64,000 bases of DNA, from NCBI GenBank assembly GCA_025284135.1, contig GCA_025284135.1_3646.1. The stretch is one strand, 5' to 3'. Source of the stretch: a phage. The position numbers and the translations under genes are program-made. The notes beneath the pieces are model-generated. The model had not been told where the DNA came from and ran no database searches. It saw only the letters and a program-made list of their open reading frames with translations. This document shows, piece by piece, positions 1-9,350 of the stretch. Numbering within the stretch: position 1 is the stretch's first letter; every line of letters begins with the position of its first letter.

Positions 1-19
1 AACAAAAGGAACCTTTAAA

Positions 20-289
20 ATGTATACACTTAAAATTGTAGAGCGTGTGAATCCAACCCATACCGTAGATTTTCGTGACGATTTCAATCCTCTGGCTGTA
101 AATCTTCGAGAGTCATATCATGAACTCAGCTGCGATGCAGTGGTGGTCTTTTTTGAAGACAACTCTGAAGGGGCGGTAGCTTGTGTTGTTGATAGTGAGC
201 AGAAGTTTTATATTTACAGAGATGTAGATGCATACTTGATGAATGAAAATGCAGTTACTGTTAGAATCATCCACCGAGTGCCTCGATAA
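20..289 (+). CDS. hypothetical protein (89 aa)
   Basis: ORF from the six-frame track; no TM segment or recognisable motif; ends just before an intrinsic terminator. Position upstream of terL is compatible with a small terminase subunit, but there is no sequence support. Confidence 0.35.
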   Translation: MYTLKIVERVNPTHTVDFRDDFNPLAVNLRESYHELSCDAVVVFFEDNSEGAVACVVDSEQKFYIYRDVDAYLMNENAVTVRIIHRVPR

Positions 290-345
290 GTATTAGTCTC
301 CTTTTAGTTAGTTTCGATCTATTTAGGTTACTCAATTTTAACCCG

Positions 346-376
346 CCCCGTTAGCTGTATAGCTGCGGGGTTTTTT
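346..376 (+). terminator. intrinsic (rho-independent) terminator
   Basis: GC hairpin CCCCG...AGCT/AGCT...CGGGG followed by TTTTTT. Confidence 0.6.
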
Positions 377-394
377 CGTTTCTGGAGCCTTAAA

Positions 395-793
395 ATGATT
401 TCAGGTTTAACATGGCTTAGTAGGTATAGAGGGATCATAAAAGGTTTAGTTTTTGCAGCGGCTATAGGTACAGCTTATCTTGGGGCCGTGTATTGGTTTA
501 ACTCTAAGCTCAATGATGCTTATCAGGAAGGTGTGTCAGCAACAGAGTTAAAGTGGGAACGGATCCTTGACCAACAACAAAAGCAGGCCGACAAAATTAA
601 AATGGGCCACGCAGAGGAGGTTAAAAACCTTGAAAAATCCCTTTCTGATCTACAGGATAAATTAAATATAGCTGAGAGGGCAGGTAGAGAAAAGCAGATT
701 ATCTACCTCCAATCACCTGAAGGTAAGAAGTCAACACTTCCTGATCAGCTTATAGATATTTATAATGAGAGTATCAATCAGGAGGATCGATGA
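395..793 (+). CDS. i-spanin (Rz-like inner membrane spanin)
   Basis: 132 aa; single N-terminal TM segment (GLVFAAAIGTAYLGAVYWF) followed by charged coiled-coil region; 4-nt overlap with a downstream lipoprotein gene. Confidence 0.6.
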   Translation: MISGLTWLSRYRGIIKGLVFAAAIGTAYLGAVYWFNSKLNDAYQEGVSATELKWERILDQQQKQADKIKMGHAEEVKNLEKSLSDLQDKLNIAERAGREKQIIYLQSPEGKKSTLPDQLIDIYNESINQEDR

Positions 794-1077
794 GAGTTGC
801 CACACTGTTTATTGCGTGCTTGTTATTATGTGGGTGTGCAACCAGCGTTGAGAGAGAATACAAGATTGACCCTCCGGATGTAGGAAGGTTGATTGTTAAA
901 CCCCCAGAAGGTGCCATGAAACCACCTGCTAAAGCTATGCCTTTGAAGAAAGGTGCGCCAGATGCAGTGAATTCTGGCATTATGAGGGATAATAATCTGT
1001 CTTGTAGCAATGATAGAGCTAAATTGATCATTTTGCAAGACTATATTAGAACACTGTTTCCAAAGGAGAGAGGTTAA
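790..1077 (+). CDS. o-spanin (Rz1-like outer membrane lipoprotein)
   Basis: 95 aa; signal peptide with lipobox-like LLLCGC; proline-rich mature region (PPDVGRLIVKPPEGAMKPP); start overlaps i-spanin stop, stop overlaps terL start. Confidence 0.6.
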   Translation: MRVATLFIACLLLCGCATSVEREYKIDPPDVGRLIVKPPEGAMKPPAKAMPLKKGAPDAVNSGIMRDNNLSCSNDRAKLIILQDYIRTLFPKERG

Positions 1078-2624
1078 TGTCTAAGATTTACGGACCGTGT
1101 TCTGAAAAGCAGAAGATGATCCTCGAAAACGATGCAGATATCTTGGTAATCGGCGGTGCCGCAGGGTCTGGCAAGTCGTTCCTCTTGCAGTTGATGCCAC
1201 TTAAAATTATTGATGACCCCCACAGCTCTGTGGTTATGTTCCGAAGAACAACCCCACAGTTAGAAGGTGAGGGTGGACTATGGCCTAAAGCAGTAGCTAT
1301 TTATAGTGATCTGCCTGAAAACATTAAGCCAAAGTTCAGAGAGAAGGATCATAAGTTCATTTTTCCACGGTTTGATCCGAACACTGGTAAGTGGGATAGA
1401 AGCAAAAAGGGAGCTGTTGTAAAATACTGCCATATGGAGTATGTACAAGATAAGCTTAACCATCAGGGGCTTGAGTACACCATGGTTTGCTTCGATGAGG
1501 GCACGCAGTTCGAATGGGAGCAGATAGACTACCTGATGTCTCGTCTGCGATCTCAGTCAAAGTATCCATCAAGAATGGTTATCAGCTGTAACCCCGATTC
1601 AGAACACATGCTTGCCAAACTGGTTAGATGGTGGTTGGACGATGAAGGGTATCCAGATCCGGAGAAATGCGGTAAGAAAAGATATTTTATCCGACGCGAC
1701 GGTGAATTTATCTGGGGGGACTCTAAAGAAGAGTTGATAGAGAAATACACCACGGTTAACGGACTTGGTGTGGAGATCAAGCCAAGACCGTTGTCATTCT
1801 CGTTTATAGGCGCAACAATATTCGATAATCCTGTTTGCTTAAGAGACAACCCAGAATACCTTGCTTTCCTTGAAGGTCTGCCGGAACTGGAAAAAGCTCA
1901 GCTTCTTCATGGTAACTGGTTTGCAAAGCCTGAGGGCGCAAACTATTTTCAAAGATCTTTCCTTCGTGATGCCGATAGAGTACCCCTTGGATCAGTATCT
2001 TGCAGGGCATGGGATAAGGCAGGAACCGAGAGAACTTCCGGTAATAAATTTCCTGACTTTACCGCCAGTGTTAAGGTAAGTAAAGATAGCGACGGCTTTT
2101 ATTACCTGTCCGGTGATTATTGTCCTGAGAACGTGGATGACGGGAGGTATTCCACAGGCCTGGAAGGCAAGTTCTGTAAAAAGGCTGGTGAACGAGATGT
2201 GATCATCAGGAAACAGGCGCAGTTTGATGGTGATGATTGTATAATCGTATTCTCTGTGGACCCCGGTCAGGCAGGTAAGAGTGAGTTCTTAACCTCATCC
2301 AGATCCTTGCTCGCAGAAGGGTTCAGGGTTGAAGAAGACCCAATGCCTTCCAACAAGTCTAAACTGACAAGGTTCTCACCTTTTGCCAATCTTGCCCAAC
2401 AAGGGATGGTGAGGATTGTAAAATCCAGTTTCCATCCTGATACTCTGGAAGCATTTCTGACCGAACTTGAAAAATTCAACGGGGAAAGATCAACATTTAA
2501 CAGAAAAGACGACTGGGCCGACTGTGTAGCTTCTGCGATTAATTTCCTGGAGAAAGAGGAGGTAGCACTTCCTTGTGTGATTCCATCAATCTCCTCACCT
2601 TCTATGTTCAAGCGTTTTATCTAA
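1077..2624 (+). CDS. terL: terminase large subunit
   Basis: 515 aa; N-terminal Walker A P-loop GGAAGSGKS and ATPase-like region; C-terminal acidic nuclease-like region; immediately upstream of portal-sized gene. Confidence 0.9.
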   Translation: MSKIYGPCSEKQKMILENDADILVIGGAAGSGKSFLLQLMPLKIIDDPHSSVVMFRRTTPQLEGEGGLWPKAVAIYSDLPENIKPKFREKDHKFIFPRFDPNTGKWDRSKKGAVVKYCHMEYVQDKLNHQGLEYTMVCFDEGTQFEWEQIDYLMSRLRSQSKYPSRMVISCNPDSEHMLAKLVRWWLDDEGYPDPEKCGKKRYFIRRDGEFIWGDSKEELIEKYTTVNGLGVEIKPRPLSFSFIGATIFDNPVCLRDNPEYLAFLEGLPELEKAQLLHGNWFAKPEGANYFQRSFLRDADRVPLGSVSCRAWDKAGTERTSGNKFPDFTASVKVSKDSDGFYYLSGDYCPENVDDGRYSTGLEGKFCKKAGERDVIIRKQAQFDGDDCIIVFSVDPGQAGKSEFLTSSRSLLAEGFRVEEDPMPSNKSKLTRFSPFANLAQQGMVRIVKSSFHPDTLEAFLTELEKFNGERSTFNRKDDWADCVASAINFLEKEEVALPCVIPSISSPSMFKRFI

Positions 2625-2627
2625 GTG

Positions 2628-2656
2628 TTGCCAATCTTAATTAGATGTGGTAGAAT
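2628..2656 (+). promoter_or_regulatory. sigma70-type promoter, extended -10 (TTGCCA-N17-TGgTAGAAT)
   Basis: -35/-10 hexamers with 17-nt spacer and TG at -15/-14; same architecture recurs 7 times in the structural region. Confidence 0.5.
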
Positions 2657-2673
2657 AGAGTAATCGGAGATAC

Positions 2674-2702
2674 TAGCCCTCTAACACGAGGGCTATTTTG
2701 TT
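2674..2702 (+). promoter_or_regulatory. leader hairpin / terminator-like attenuator upstream of portal gene
   Basis: Perfect 8-bp inverted repeat TAGCCCTC-TAACAC-GAGGGCTA followed by TTTTGTT, located downstream of promoter 2628-2656 and upstream of the portal start. Confidence 0.4.
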
Positions 2703-2726
2703 ATACTGTTTTGAGGGGTAAAGCTT

Positions 2727-4283
2727 GTGTCCAAAAAGAACCGCAGGAAACACAACGCCACAGCCAAAACTGTGAATAAATCTGGGAACGCAGGCGCACC
2801 AACTCATAATGTTCGTATGAGTGAGATCGGTTCTGGCGCACTTTCCCAAATTATGGCAGAATCGCAATCTATGATGGTTGAGGAATTGCGTTGGCCTCAG
2901 CTGATTGCCACAGTGGAGACTATGAAATGTGATTCCACAGTTGCTACTGCCTTAGATACAAAATATGTTTTCATCACGAAAGCATTCAATGATTTTAAGA
3001 TCCTTTATAATGTTAAAAGTGAAGACTCTAAGAAAGCTGCCGAGCTTATAGAGTATTCTTTGCGTAATTTGGCAAACCAACAAACTCTTCGAGATATTGC
3101 AAGAAGCGCAGCTACCTTTAACGAGTATGGTTTTTCACTGTTTGAGAAAGTATACCGCAGAGAGAAAGAAGGTAAATATGCCGGGATGCTTCTTATTGAT
3201 AAAATTGCATTCCGACCTCAGGCCAGTCTGTCCAGATCAGAGCCGTTTGTCTTTGACAAGAATAGCAGAACACTGACAGGTATTTATCAGTCACCTAATG
3301 CATTTCTAAACACTCAGAATGCACGCTGGGCTGGACCTCTTGCTGCAATGCCTTCAAAAGGCTTTAATGAGCCTGAAATTTTCATCCCTGCTAAAAAGCT
3401 TATGCTCATGACCCTGTCAGGAACAGAATCTAACCCTGCAGGTGTGTCACCTATGATAGGTTGCTACAGATCTTTCCGTGAGAAAGTTCTGATTGAAAAC
3501 CTTGAGGTTGTTGGCTGTTCCAAAGACCTTGGTGGTGTGCTTGAGCTGAAAATTCCTTCCAATATTTTGAACAAGGCCAGCATTGACCCTAATTCAATGG
3601 AAGGGAGAATGGTTGCAGACCTTATGCTTGACGCAGCAAACGCCCATAGTGGTGAGCAAAGTTTCTTTATACTTCCGTCTGATAGAGATAAGTCTGGTAA
3701 AGAGCTTTACTCCATGACCCTGAAGGGGGTTGACGGTATGGGTAAGCAGTATTCCACTAAAGATTTGATTGATGCCCGTAAGAAGGCGATTCTTGACCGT
3801 TTCGGTGCTGGCTTTATTAACCTCGGTAACGATAACGTTGGATCCTTCTCTCTGTCTGAGTCAAAACAGTCTATCCATGGTCATTTTGTTCAGCGTGATA
3901 TAGATATTATCACTGAAGCCTTCAATAAAGATCTTATTCCACAGCTTCTGGCATTGAATGGTATCATCCTTGAAGATGATGATATGCCTAAACTGAAACC
4001 TGGTCTGATTGAAGAAGTGGATATGGAGAGCTTCTCCAAGTTTGTCCAGAGGATCGGTGCTGTAGGTTACTTGCCAAAAACTCCTGCAGTAATTAATAAG
4101 ATTCTTGAAGTAGGTGGGTTTGATGAAAGATTTGACGAGGACATGGATCAGGAAGAGCTGATGAAGCTCTTGGGCCAGGACATCAGTAGGGCTGGTGATG
4201 GAATGGCTGCAGGATCCACTGGTAACGGCACTTCTAAGATGTCATCAACCAGAGATAATTCCATATCCAACATGGAAAATTAA
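2727..4283 (+). CDS. portal protein (putative)
   Basis: 518 aa; GTG start with GAGGGG Shine-Dalgarno; canonical position directly after terL and before scaffold/capsid genes; size typical of portal proteins; no motif confirmation. Confidence 0.7.
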   Translation: MSKKNRRKHNATAKTVNKSGNAGAPTHNVRMSEIGSGALSQIMAESQSMMVEELRWPQLIATVETMKCDSTVATALDTKYVFITKAFNDFKILYNVKSEDSKKAAELIEYSLRNLANQQTLRDIARSAATFNEYGFSLFEKVYRREKEGKYAGMLLIDKIAFRPQASLSRSEPFVFDKNSRTLTGIYQSPNAFLNTQNARWAGPLAAMPSKGFNEPEIFIPAKKLMLMTLSGTESNPAGVSPMIGCYRSFREKVLIENLEVVGCSKDLGGVLELKIPSNILNKASIDPNSMEGRMVADLMLDAANAHSGEQSFFILPSDRDKSGKELYSMTLKGVDGMGKQYSTKDLIDARKKAILDRFGAGFINLGNDNVGSFSLSESKQSIHGHFVQRDIDIITEAFNKDLIPQLLALNGIILEDDDMPKLKPGLIEEVDMESFSKFVQRIGAVGYLPKTPAVINKILEVGGFDERFDEDMDQEELMKLLGQDISRAGDGMAAGSTGNGTSKMSSTRDNSISNMEN

Positions 4284-4350
4284 AAATTATCAACACAGGG
4301 GGTTGCAAAACCTCCTTTGGCGTGATAAAATAATCCACATGGGGAATAAT

Positions 4351-4770
4351 ATGCCACAGGAAGAAATGATTTCCTACGAAATCATCTACGAGCCTGACAC
4401 TAAAGATGCTCACGGTGAGTGGATGAGTAAAGACACCATCAAAAAGGCTAAAGATAACTGGGACGCAGCATACGCCGCAGGCCTAGTTTCTGAGAACCTT
4501 TTCCACTTGACCTCTACAGATGCTTTCACCATTGAAAAGACGTGGATTCAAGAAGAGTTTGATGTTGTAGTAATTGGCACTGAGCAGGTCATCAAGGCTG
4601 GCTCTTGGGTTGCTAAAGTTAAATACAATAATCCTGAACTATGGGAAGCTAAGAAGGCTGGCATTGTTGGTGGCCTAAGCATTCAGGCAACAGGTAATGT
4701 TGATGAAGAAACTGGTGAAATTACCAACGTAAACTTCGGGATCAGTGTTGTAGAAGAGGGCAATGAATAA
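4351..4770 (+). CDS. head morphogenesis protein, possibly XkdF-type prohead protease-like
   Basis: Track ORF 4195-4770 overlaps portal by ~90 nt; internal ATG at 4351 preferred. Motif PDTKDAHGEWMSKDTIKKA resembles the conserved N-terminal D-x-H-G-D/E segment of XkdF-like phage proteins; position between portal and scaffold. Confidence 0.35.
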   Translation: MPQEEMISYEIIYEPDTKDAHGEWMSKDTIKKAKDNWDAAYAAGLVSENLFHLTSTDAFTIEKTWIQEEFDVVVIGTEQVIKAGSWVAKVKYNNPELWEAKKAGIVGGLSIQATGNVDEETGEITNVNFGISVVEEGNE

Positions 4771-5747
4771 TGTCTGAAAAAACGATTACTATTAAAGAGA
4801 AGGGGATTGCCCTGTGCCATAAGGCGCAAGGCTATAGCGCTAACAACAGACCTGTATCTCTTTTGATGAAGAGTGATCTTAAGCCTGAGCAGTTAACAGA
4901 CGATATTGTTAAGGCACTTCGCCAAGTTACTGTGGAGCTTAGTTTTGAAGAATACCTGCGTCGTTTCTTCGATATGTGGTATGATGATGCTAAAGCACTT
5001 GCACACATGCTTGGTTTTGAGATTGAAGAGGAGGCTTGGGCTAAAGAGCATCCTGATTGGGAATGGGCGCAAGCTGACGCAGAGTCTTGTATTGCATGGC
5101 TGGAAGAGCGTTGTGATAACGTGACCATTCATAAGGCTGCAAAAGAAGGCAAGCAGCTTAGTGTGGTAGATCAGTACAGCCTGTTAAAAACACAACAGAT
5201 TTTTGAACAAGTAACCGCTGATCTCTTCGATAAAGAAGGGAACCTGATCAAGGCGGTACAGGAACCTGCTGAGGTGGATAAAACTACCGAGGTGGATGAT
5301 GTTGCAAAATCCGCAAATACCGAGGAGAATCCGGTGGACGTAACCAAAACTAAAGAGTATCTGGATCTGCTGAAGCAAGTAGAAGAGCTGAAAGCAACCC
5401 AGAGTAAAGCTGAAGAAATCATCAAGGCCCAGGTTGAAGTTGAAAAAGCTAAAATGCTGACTAAGGCTCAAGCTTTAAGCTTTGTTGGTGAAGAAGATCA
5501 CGCAACCCTGGTTGACTTCATGCTGGAGAAAGCTAACGAACCTATCGTAGCTATGCTGGAGAAAGCTCAAGCAAAAATTGAAGAGCTGGAAGCAGAGGTG
5601 CATAAAACTAAAGAAGAGTTTGCCACCACTGAACATGGTAATGATGGCGAACCTGTTGTGGATGATATTGCAAAATCCGCAGAAGAAATTCTTGCTGAAA
5701 ACGTTGCAAAAGCACTTGCTCGTGCACGTGCAGAATCTAACAAATAA
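4770..5747 (+). CDS. scaffolding protein (putative)
   Basis: 325 aa; acidic, Ala/Glu/Lys-rich with long predicted coiled coils (EELKATQSKAEEIIKAQVEVEKAKMLTKAQA); located between portal and major capsid genes. Confidence 0.6.
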   Translation: MSEKTITIKEKGIALCHKAQGYSANNRPVSLLMKSDLKPEQLTDDIVKALRQVTVELSFEEYLRRFFDMWYDDAKALAHMLGFEIEEEAWAKEHPDWEWAQADAESCIAWLEERCDNVTIHKAAKEGKQLSVVDQYSLLKTQQIFEQVTADLFDKEGNLIKAVQEPAEVDKTTEVDDVAKSANTEENPVDVTKTKEYLDLLKQVEELKATQSKAEEIIKAQVEVEKAKMLTKAQALSFVGEEDHATLVDFMLEKANEPIVAMLEKAQAKIEELEAEVHKTKEEFATTEHGNDGEPVVDDIAKSAEEILAENVAKALARARAESNK

Positions 5748-5767
5748 GACATTAACGGGGGAAATAA

Positions 5768-6154
5768 ATGATTACCGCTCAATATTCTGATATCGTGCTC
5801 GGCAAAGTTGATTCTAGCGATGCTGGCTACAATTTTAAAGAGATTAAGGTAACACTGACAGAGCATCACCACGCTGGTACTGTTGTAACAAAAACAGGTA
5901 CCATCGCTAACGCAGACGGTTCTGATGTGTACGGCGTTCTTGTTGACCGTGCTCTTGTCAAAGATGCTGGTACGGTTCATCTTGCAAAACCTTTAGAAGT
6001 AGGTCAATCCTATAACCTGGTTGTTGCCGTCCATGGTGTTACCTTTGCAAAAGATATGCTGTTAGGTGCAGATGGAGCTAAAGCAGACCAAAGAATTCTG
6101 GATAAGTTGGAAGCTTTAGGTAACAAAGTTCACGTCCAGACTCTTGGTGAATAA
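5768..6154 (+). CDS. head decoration/auxiliary capsid protein (putative)
   Basis: 128 aa; position immediately upstream of major capsid gene as for lambda gpD; no convincing sequence similarity to gpD itself. Confidence 0.35.
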   Translation: MITAQYSDIVLGKVDSSDAGYNFKEIKVTLTEHHHAGTVVTKTGTIANADGSDVYGVLVDRALVKDAGTVHLAKPLEVGQSYNLVVAVHGVTFAKDMLLGADGAKADQRILDKLEALGNKVHVQTLGE

Positions 6155-6205
6155 TAAGCCCTAAATTGTTCGGGAAAATATTTAAGTTTTACTTTGGAGA
6201 AATAA

Positions 6206-7216
6206 ATGATTACTCGTAAAGATGAATTTGGCATTGTCGATTTAGGTGCTACTCTGGACCTTGTTCCGCGCCAATTCCGACTGATCACCGGTATGGATCT
6301 GTTCGAAACCCGTCTCGGCACCTCAACAATTGCTCAGATCGAGCGTGTTGATGAAGTTGTAACCGACATTCCGGCACGCCGTCGTGGTGGTGAACGTAAC
6401 TATGTTGGTAGTGAACGTGCTCAGGTTAAAAACCTGAACATCCCGTTCTTCCCTCTGGACAAAGGCATCACTGCCGCAGATGTTCAGAACTTCCGTCGTT
6501 ACTTCACTCCTGATGCTCCGAAAACTGTTCAGGACGTAGTAACCCGCGTTGTTCGTCGTATCCGTGTTTCTCATGAAGCACTGCGTGAGAAAGCTCTGTT
6601 CCAGGCTATTCTGGGTAAATCCTATGCACCTGGTGACGCTACCTGCCAGTATGATTACTACACTCTGTGGGGTGTGTCTCAGAAATCTGTTGAGATCGAC
6701 CCTGCAAAAGCAGATCAGGATCCTATGGAGGTTCTGGAAGAAGCTCGTCTGCACATCGCACTGCAAGCTGGCGATAATGCAGCTGGCTATCGCATCGTAG
6801 CCCTGTGCTCACCAGAGTTCTTCAGTGCTATTACCCATCACCCGCTGGTAGAACTGGCATACACCTATTACGGCTCTGCTCAGGAACCTCTGCGTCGCCG
6901 TCTGGGTGCGGGTGGTCAAGACAGCGTATACCGTGTGTTTGAGCATAAAGGTATCACCTTTATCGAAGATATCTCTGGCAATATTCCGAAGAAAGAAGCT
7001 CGCATTCTGCCTATGGGTATTGATCAGATGTTCCAGCTGCACTTTGCTCCAGCAGATGATGTTAACGAAGCAAATACCCCAGCTCAGGAACTGTACATGT
7101 GGTATAAACACTCTGCATACCTGCGTGAAGAGAAGATTGAATCTGAAACTTCCATGCTGGCAGTTAACACCCGTCCAGAGCTGGTTGTTAAAGTAACTCT
7201 GAAAAACGGTGGCTAA
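6206..7216 (+). CDS. major capsid protein (lambda gpE-like family, putative)
   Basis: 336 aa; segment patterns reminiscent of phage major capsid protein E (e.g. HEALREKALFQAILGKSY vs lambda EELAIAQVEEMQAVSAVLKGKY); strongly host-optimised codon usage (CTG, CGT, GGT, CCG); followed by a perfect 10-bp terminator hairpin. Confidence 0.8.
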   Translation: MITRKDEFGIVDLGATLDLVPRQFRLITGMDLFETRLGTSTIAQIERVDEVVTDIPARRRGGERNYVGSERAQVKNLNIPFFPLDKGITAADVQNFRRYFTPDAPKTVQDVVTRVVRRIRVSHEALREKALFQAILGKSYAPGDATCQYDYYTLWGVSQKSVEIDPAKADQDPMEVLEEARLHIALQAGDNAAGYRIVALCSPEFFSAITHHPLVELAYTYYGSAQEPLRRRLGAGGQDSVYRVFEHKGITFIEDISGNIPKKEARILPMGIDQMFQLHFAPADDVNEANTPAQELYMWYKHSAYLREEKIESETSMLAVNTRPELVVKVTLKNGG

Positions 7217-7240
7217 TCACTGATGTGATTCATCCCATAT

Positions 7241-7270
7241 GGGGAGGGGGTTCTCCCCCTCCCCTTTTTA
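7241..7270 (+). terminator. intrinsic terminator
   Basis: Perfect 10-bp stem GGGGAGGGGG-TTCT-CCCCCTCCCC followed by TTTTT. Confidence 0.8.
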
Positions 7271-7297
7271 CTTATTAGGGTTTAACAGGAGTGTCCC

Positions 7298-8143
7298 GTG
7301 AAGCGAACCGTCTACCCAGTCGAGTATGATCCTCTATTAAGAGTTTTCAACAATCAGTTAAGTTTTTATCAATTTTTAGCACAATATAACCCAGAAATCA
7401 ATGTTGGTTTATCAGCCCTGCTGCCGCCAACAGAATTCGTTATTGGCAGTGTGCACTATCCATGCAGAACGATTGTAGACTTCTTCCAGAAGATTGCAAA
7501 ACACACAGGCCTGCCAATTGATACTGGTATTTCAACTATCCGTATGGGTGTTATTCTTCTGTTCTTCACAGAGAACCTTGATGAAAGCACTTTAACACTG
7601 CAAAGTGGGGATGTCAATATCACACTCACCCCGTCAGTGTTTAAAGAGGTAGATGCGGCTTTCCAAGTTTCCGTGGCAGAGGGCCATCTATGGGACCCTG
7701 TAGGGATGCCTAAAAAGGTGACCATAAACGATGAGCAATGCAACGTTGTTTATGAAGAAGATACCCAAACTTTCACCATTGAGTGGCCTAAGAAACGTTC
7801 TCAGGTTGTAAATCTTGGGCTGGTCTCTACGATAGCTCCACCGCCTCAACCAGAGCCGGAGCCGCCTGTAGGTCCTACTGAACCTGGTGGTGGTGAAGAA
7901 TCCCAAGGTCCGACTGTACCGGAGGGAGGCACTGAGCAGGATCCTGAACAGGCACAAGAATCAAGATCTTCTCGCAGTGATGTTGATGCCCTACTACAGC
8001 AGGCCGCAGCTCTTAACAACGAAGATGACAAAAGTGGTTCAAAAGATGCACTCCAAACCTTCGCCAAAGAGCACGGTGTTACCTTAAGTAAGGCAAAAAC
8101 TTTCCAAAATATGATGAAAGATTTTGAGGCTGCACTGGCATAA
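7298..8143 (+). CDS. hypothetical structural protein (head/neck region)
   Basis: 281 aa; GTG start with AGGAG SD; Pro/Glu-rich linker (PPPQPEPEPPVGPTEPGGGEE); position between capsid and tail genes. Confidence 0.35.
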   Translation: MKRTVYPVEYDPLLRVFNNQLSFYQFLAQYNPEINVGLSALLPPTEFVIGSVHYPCRTIVDFFQKIAKHTGLPIDTGISTIRMGVILLFFTENLDESTLTLQSGDVNITLTPSVFKEVDAAFQVSVAEGHLWDPVGMPKKVTINDEQCNVVYEEDTQTFTIEWPKKRSQVVNLGLVSTIAPPPQPEPEPPVGPTEPGGGEESQGPTVPEGGTEQDPEQAQESRSSRSDVDALLQQAAALNNEDDKSGSKDALQTFAKEHGVTLSKAKTFQNMMKDFEAALA

Positions 8144-8152
8144 TTTTGTTAA

Positions 8153-8187
8153 GGCCCCTTCCAAATTAGGAATGGGGCTTTATTTTT
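8153..8187 (+). terminator. intrinsic terminator
   Basis: GCCCCTTCC...GGAATGGGGC hairpin followed by T-rich run TTTATTTTTA. Confidence 0.55.
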
Positions 8188-8202
8188 ACGAGGTATTTTC
8201 AA

Positions 8203-8823
8203 ATGGCATGGTATGAAGATGAAGAGATTATCCCGTCCCCGCCTAACCATGATGGTGCAGTAGATACCCCAGAAGAACCACCAAAAGAAGATCCTGTACC
8301 TCCGGAACCTGATCCAGACCAACCTCTTATTAATATTATGAGGTTGTTGCTTGGCAATGTTGATGAGGAAACCCTCCCTGACGAGGTAATTAAAACATTC
8401 CTTGACATGGAGAAGTTGAAACTAAATTATCCGGCAGATCCTGATAAGCTGCCTCTGCTTAAGTACAATGTGCTTGTGCAGCTTGTGCGGTGGCTGATGA
8501 TGCAGGAAGTGTCCAGCGGTAATGCAAGTATAACTTCCCGTCTGGAAAAAATAGGTGATGAGACCATAGAGATTCGTGGTGGATCTTCCTACGCCCAATG
8601 GAAAGATTTCCTTGATTGGCTGCTGGCACACCCAGACTATGTAGATTCTGAGTTAGATGCTTACAGCAGAATGATTATCATTGGTGGTGTTCGTGTAGAC
8701 GAAGGAATTCGGGTTAAATTTAATGAAAACAGCAACGGACCGTTCGATGTCCAGGGGATTACACCTATCAGTGGTCTAAATAACCAACCTCCTCGCCACC
8801 CAAGACGCAAACGCAGTTTTTAA
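8203..8823 (+). CDS. hypothetical protein (putative neck/head-tail joining)
   Basis: 206 aa; acidic Pro-rich N-terminus; positional inference only. Confidence 0.3.
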   Translation: MAWYEDEEIIPSPPNHDGAVDTPEEPPKEDPVPPEPDPDQPLINIMRLLLGNVDEETLPDEVIKTFLDMEKLKLNYPADPDKLPLLKYNVLVQLVRWLMMQEVSSGNASITSRLEKIGDETIEIRGGSSYAQWKDFLDWLLAHPDYVDSELDAYSRMIIIGGVRVDEGIRVKFNENSNGPFDVQGITPISGLNNQPPRHPRRKRSF

Positions 8824-8829
8824 AAATTG

Positions 8830-8858
8830 TTGCTTTTGATGTATCTTTGTGGTAAAAT
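8830..8858 (+). promoter_or_regulatory. sigma70-type promoter, extended -10 (TTGCTT-N17-TGgTAAAAT)
   Basis: Shares the GGTAAAATAC -10 motif with promoters at 12352, 26507, 32324. Confidence 0.4.
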
Positions 8859-8876
8859 ACATTAGTGAGGGATATA

Positions 8877-9335
8877 ATGCTAAAGGTTAAATGTCAAACA
8901 AGGTTCAACCTAAAGCGTTTAGATCGCTTCTACAAAGAACTTGTGAGACTTGAAAGTAAAACAATAACCTACGGCTTTTATGACGAACCTCACCCGTCAG
9001 GCTTAAATATGGCAACATTGGCAGCCATTCACAACTTCGGTTGGAACGGGCTGCCTGTTCGCAATTTCATGGAGACAGCCTTTGCATTTCACAGCACTCA
9101 ACTACAGACCTTGACAGAAAAATTGTTGAGAGCTATGGCTAGAGGATCAAGTGCAGAGGCTATTCTTAAGCAGATGGGGGACACAGGGGCCAAAGCTATC
9201 CAGTTTGTTATTGAGGCTGGGCAGTTTAGTAATCCTACTGTTAGCGAGCAGTGGGCACAAGAGAAAGGCTTCAACGAGGCTATGCGGCATTACGATGTGC
9301 TGCTTGAATCTGCAACCTTTAAAATCGGACAGTAA
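8877..9335 (+). CDS. hypothetical protein (putative neck/head completion)
   Basis: Track ORF starts at GTG 8865; ATG 8877 with GAGG SD preferred; positional inference only. Confidence 0.3.
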   Translation: MLKVKCQTRFNLKRLDRFYKELVRLESKTITYGFYDEPHPSGLNMATLAAIHNFGWNGLPVRNFMETAFAFHSTQLQTLTEKLLRAMARGSSAEAILKQMGDTGAKAIQFVIEAGQFSNPTVSEQWAQEKGFNEAMRHYDVLLESATFKIGQ

Positions 9336-9350
9336 AAATAAGGGGGTTGA

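Noticed and set aside
20-289. Small terminase subunit call for the 89-aa ORF upstream of terL
   Set aside because: Position is suggestive, but spanin genes and a terminator intervene and there is no recognisable DNA-binding or oligomerisation motif; left as hypothetical
4195-4770. Long N-terminal extension of the post-portal ORF as given in the track
   Set aside because: It would overlap the portal gene by about 90 nt with no ribosome-binding site; the internal ATG at 4351 is preferred
5768-6154. Direct homology of the 128-aa protein to lambda gpD
   Set aside because: Only the position matches; I could not align it to the gpD sequence as I recall it, so it is kept as a generic decoration/auxiliary candidate
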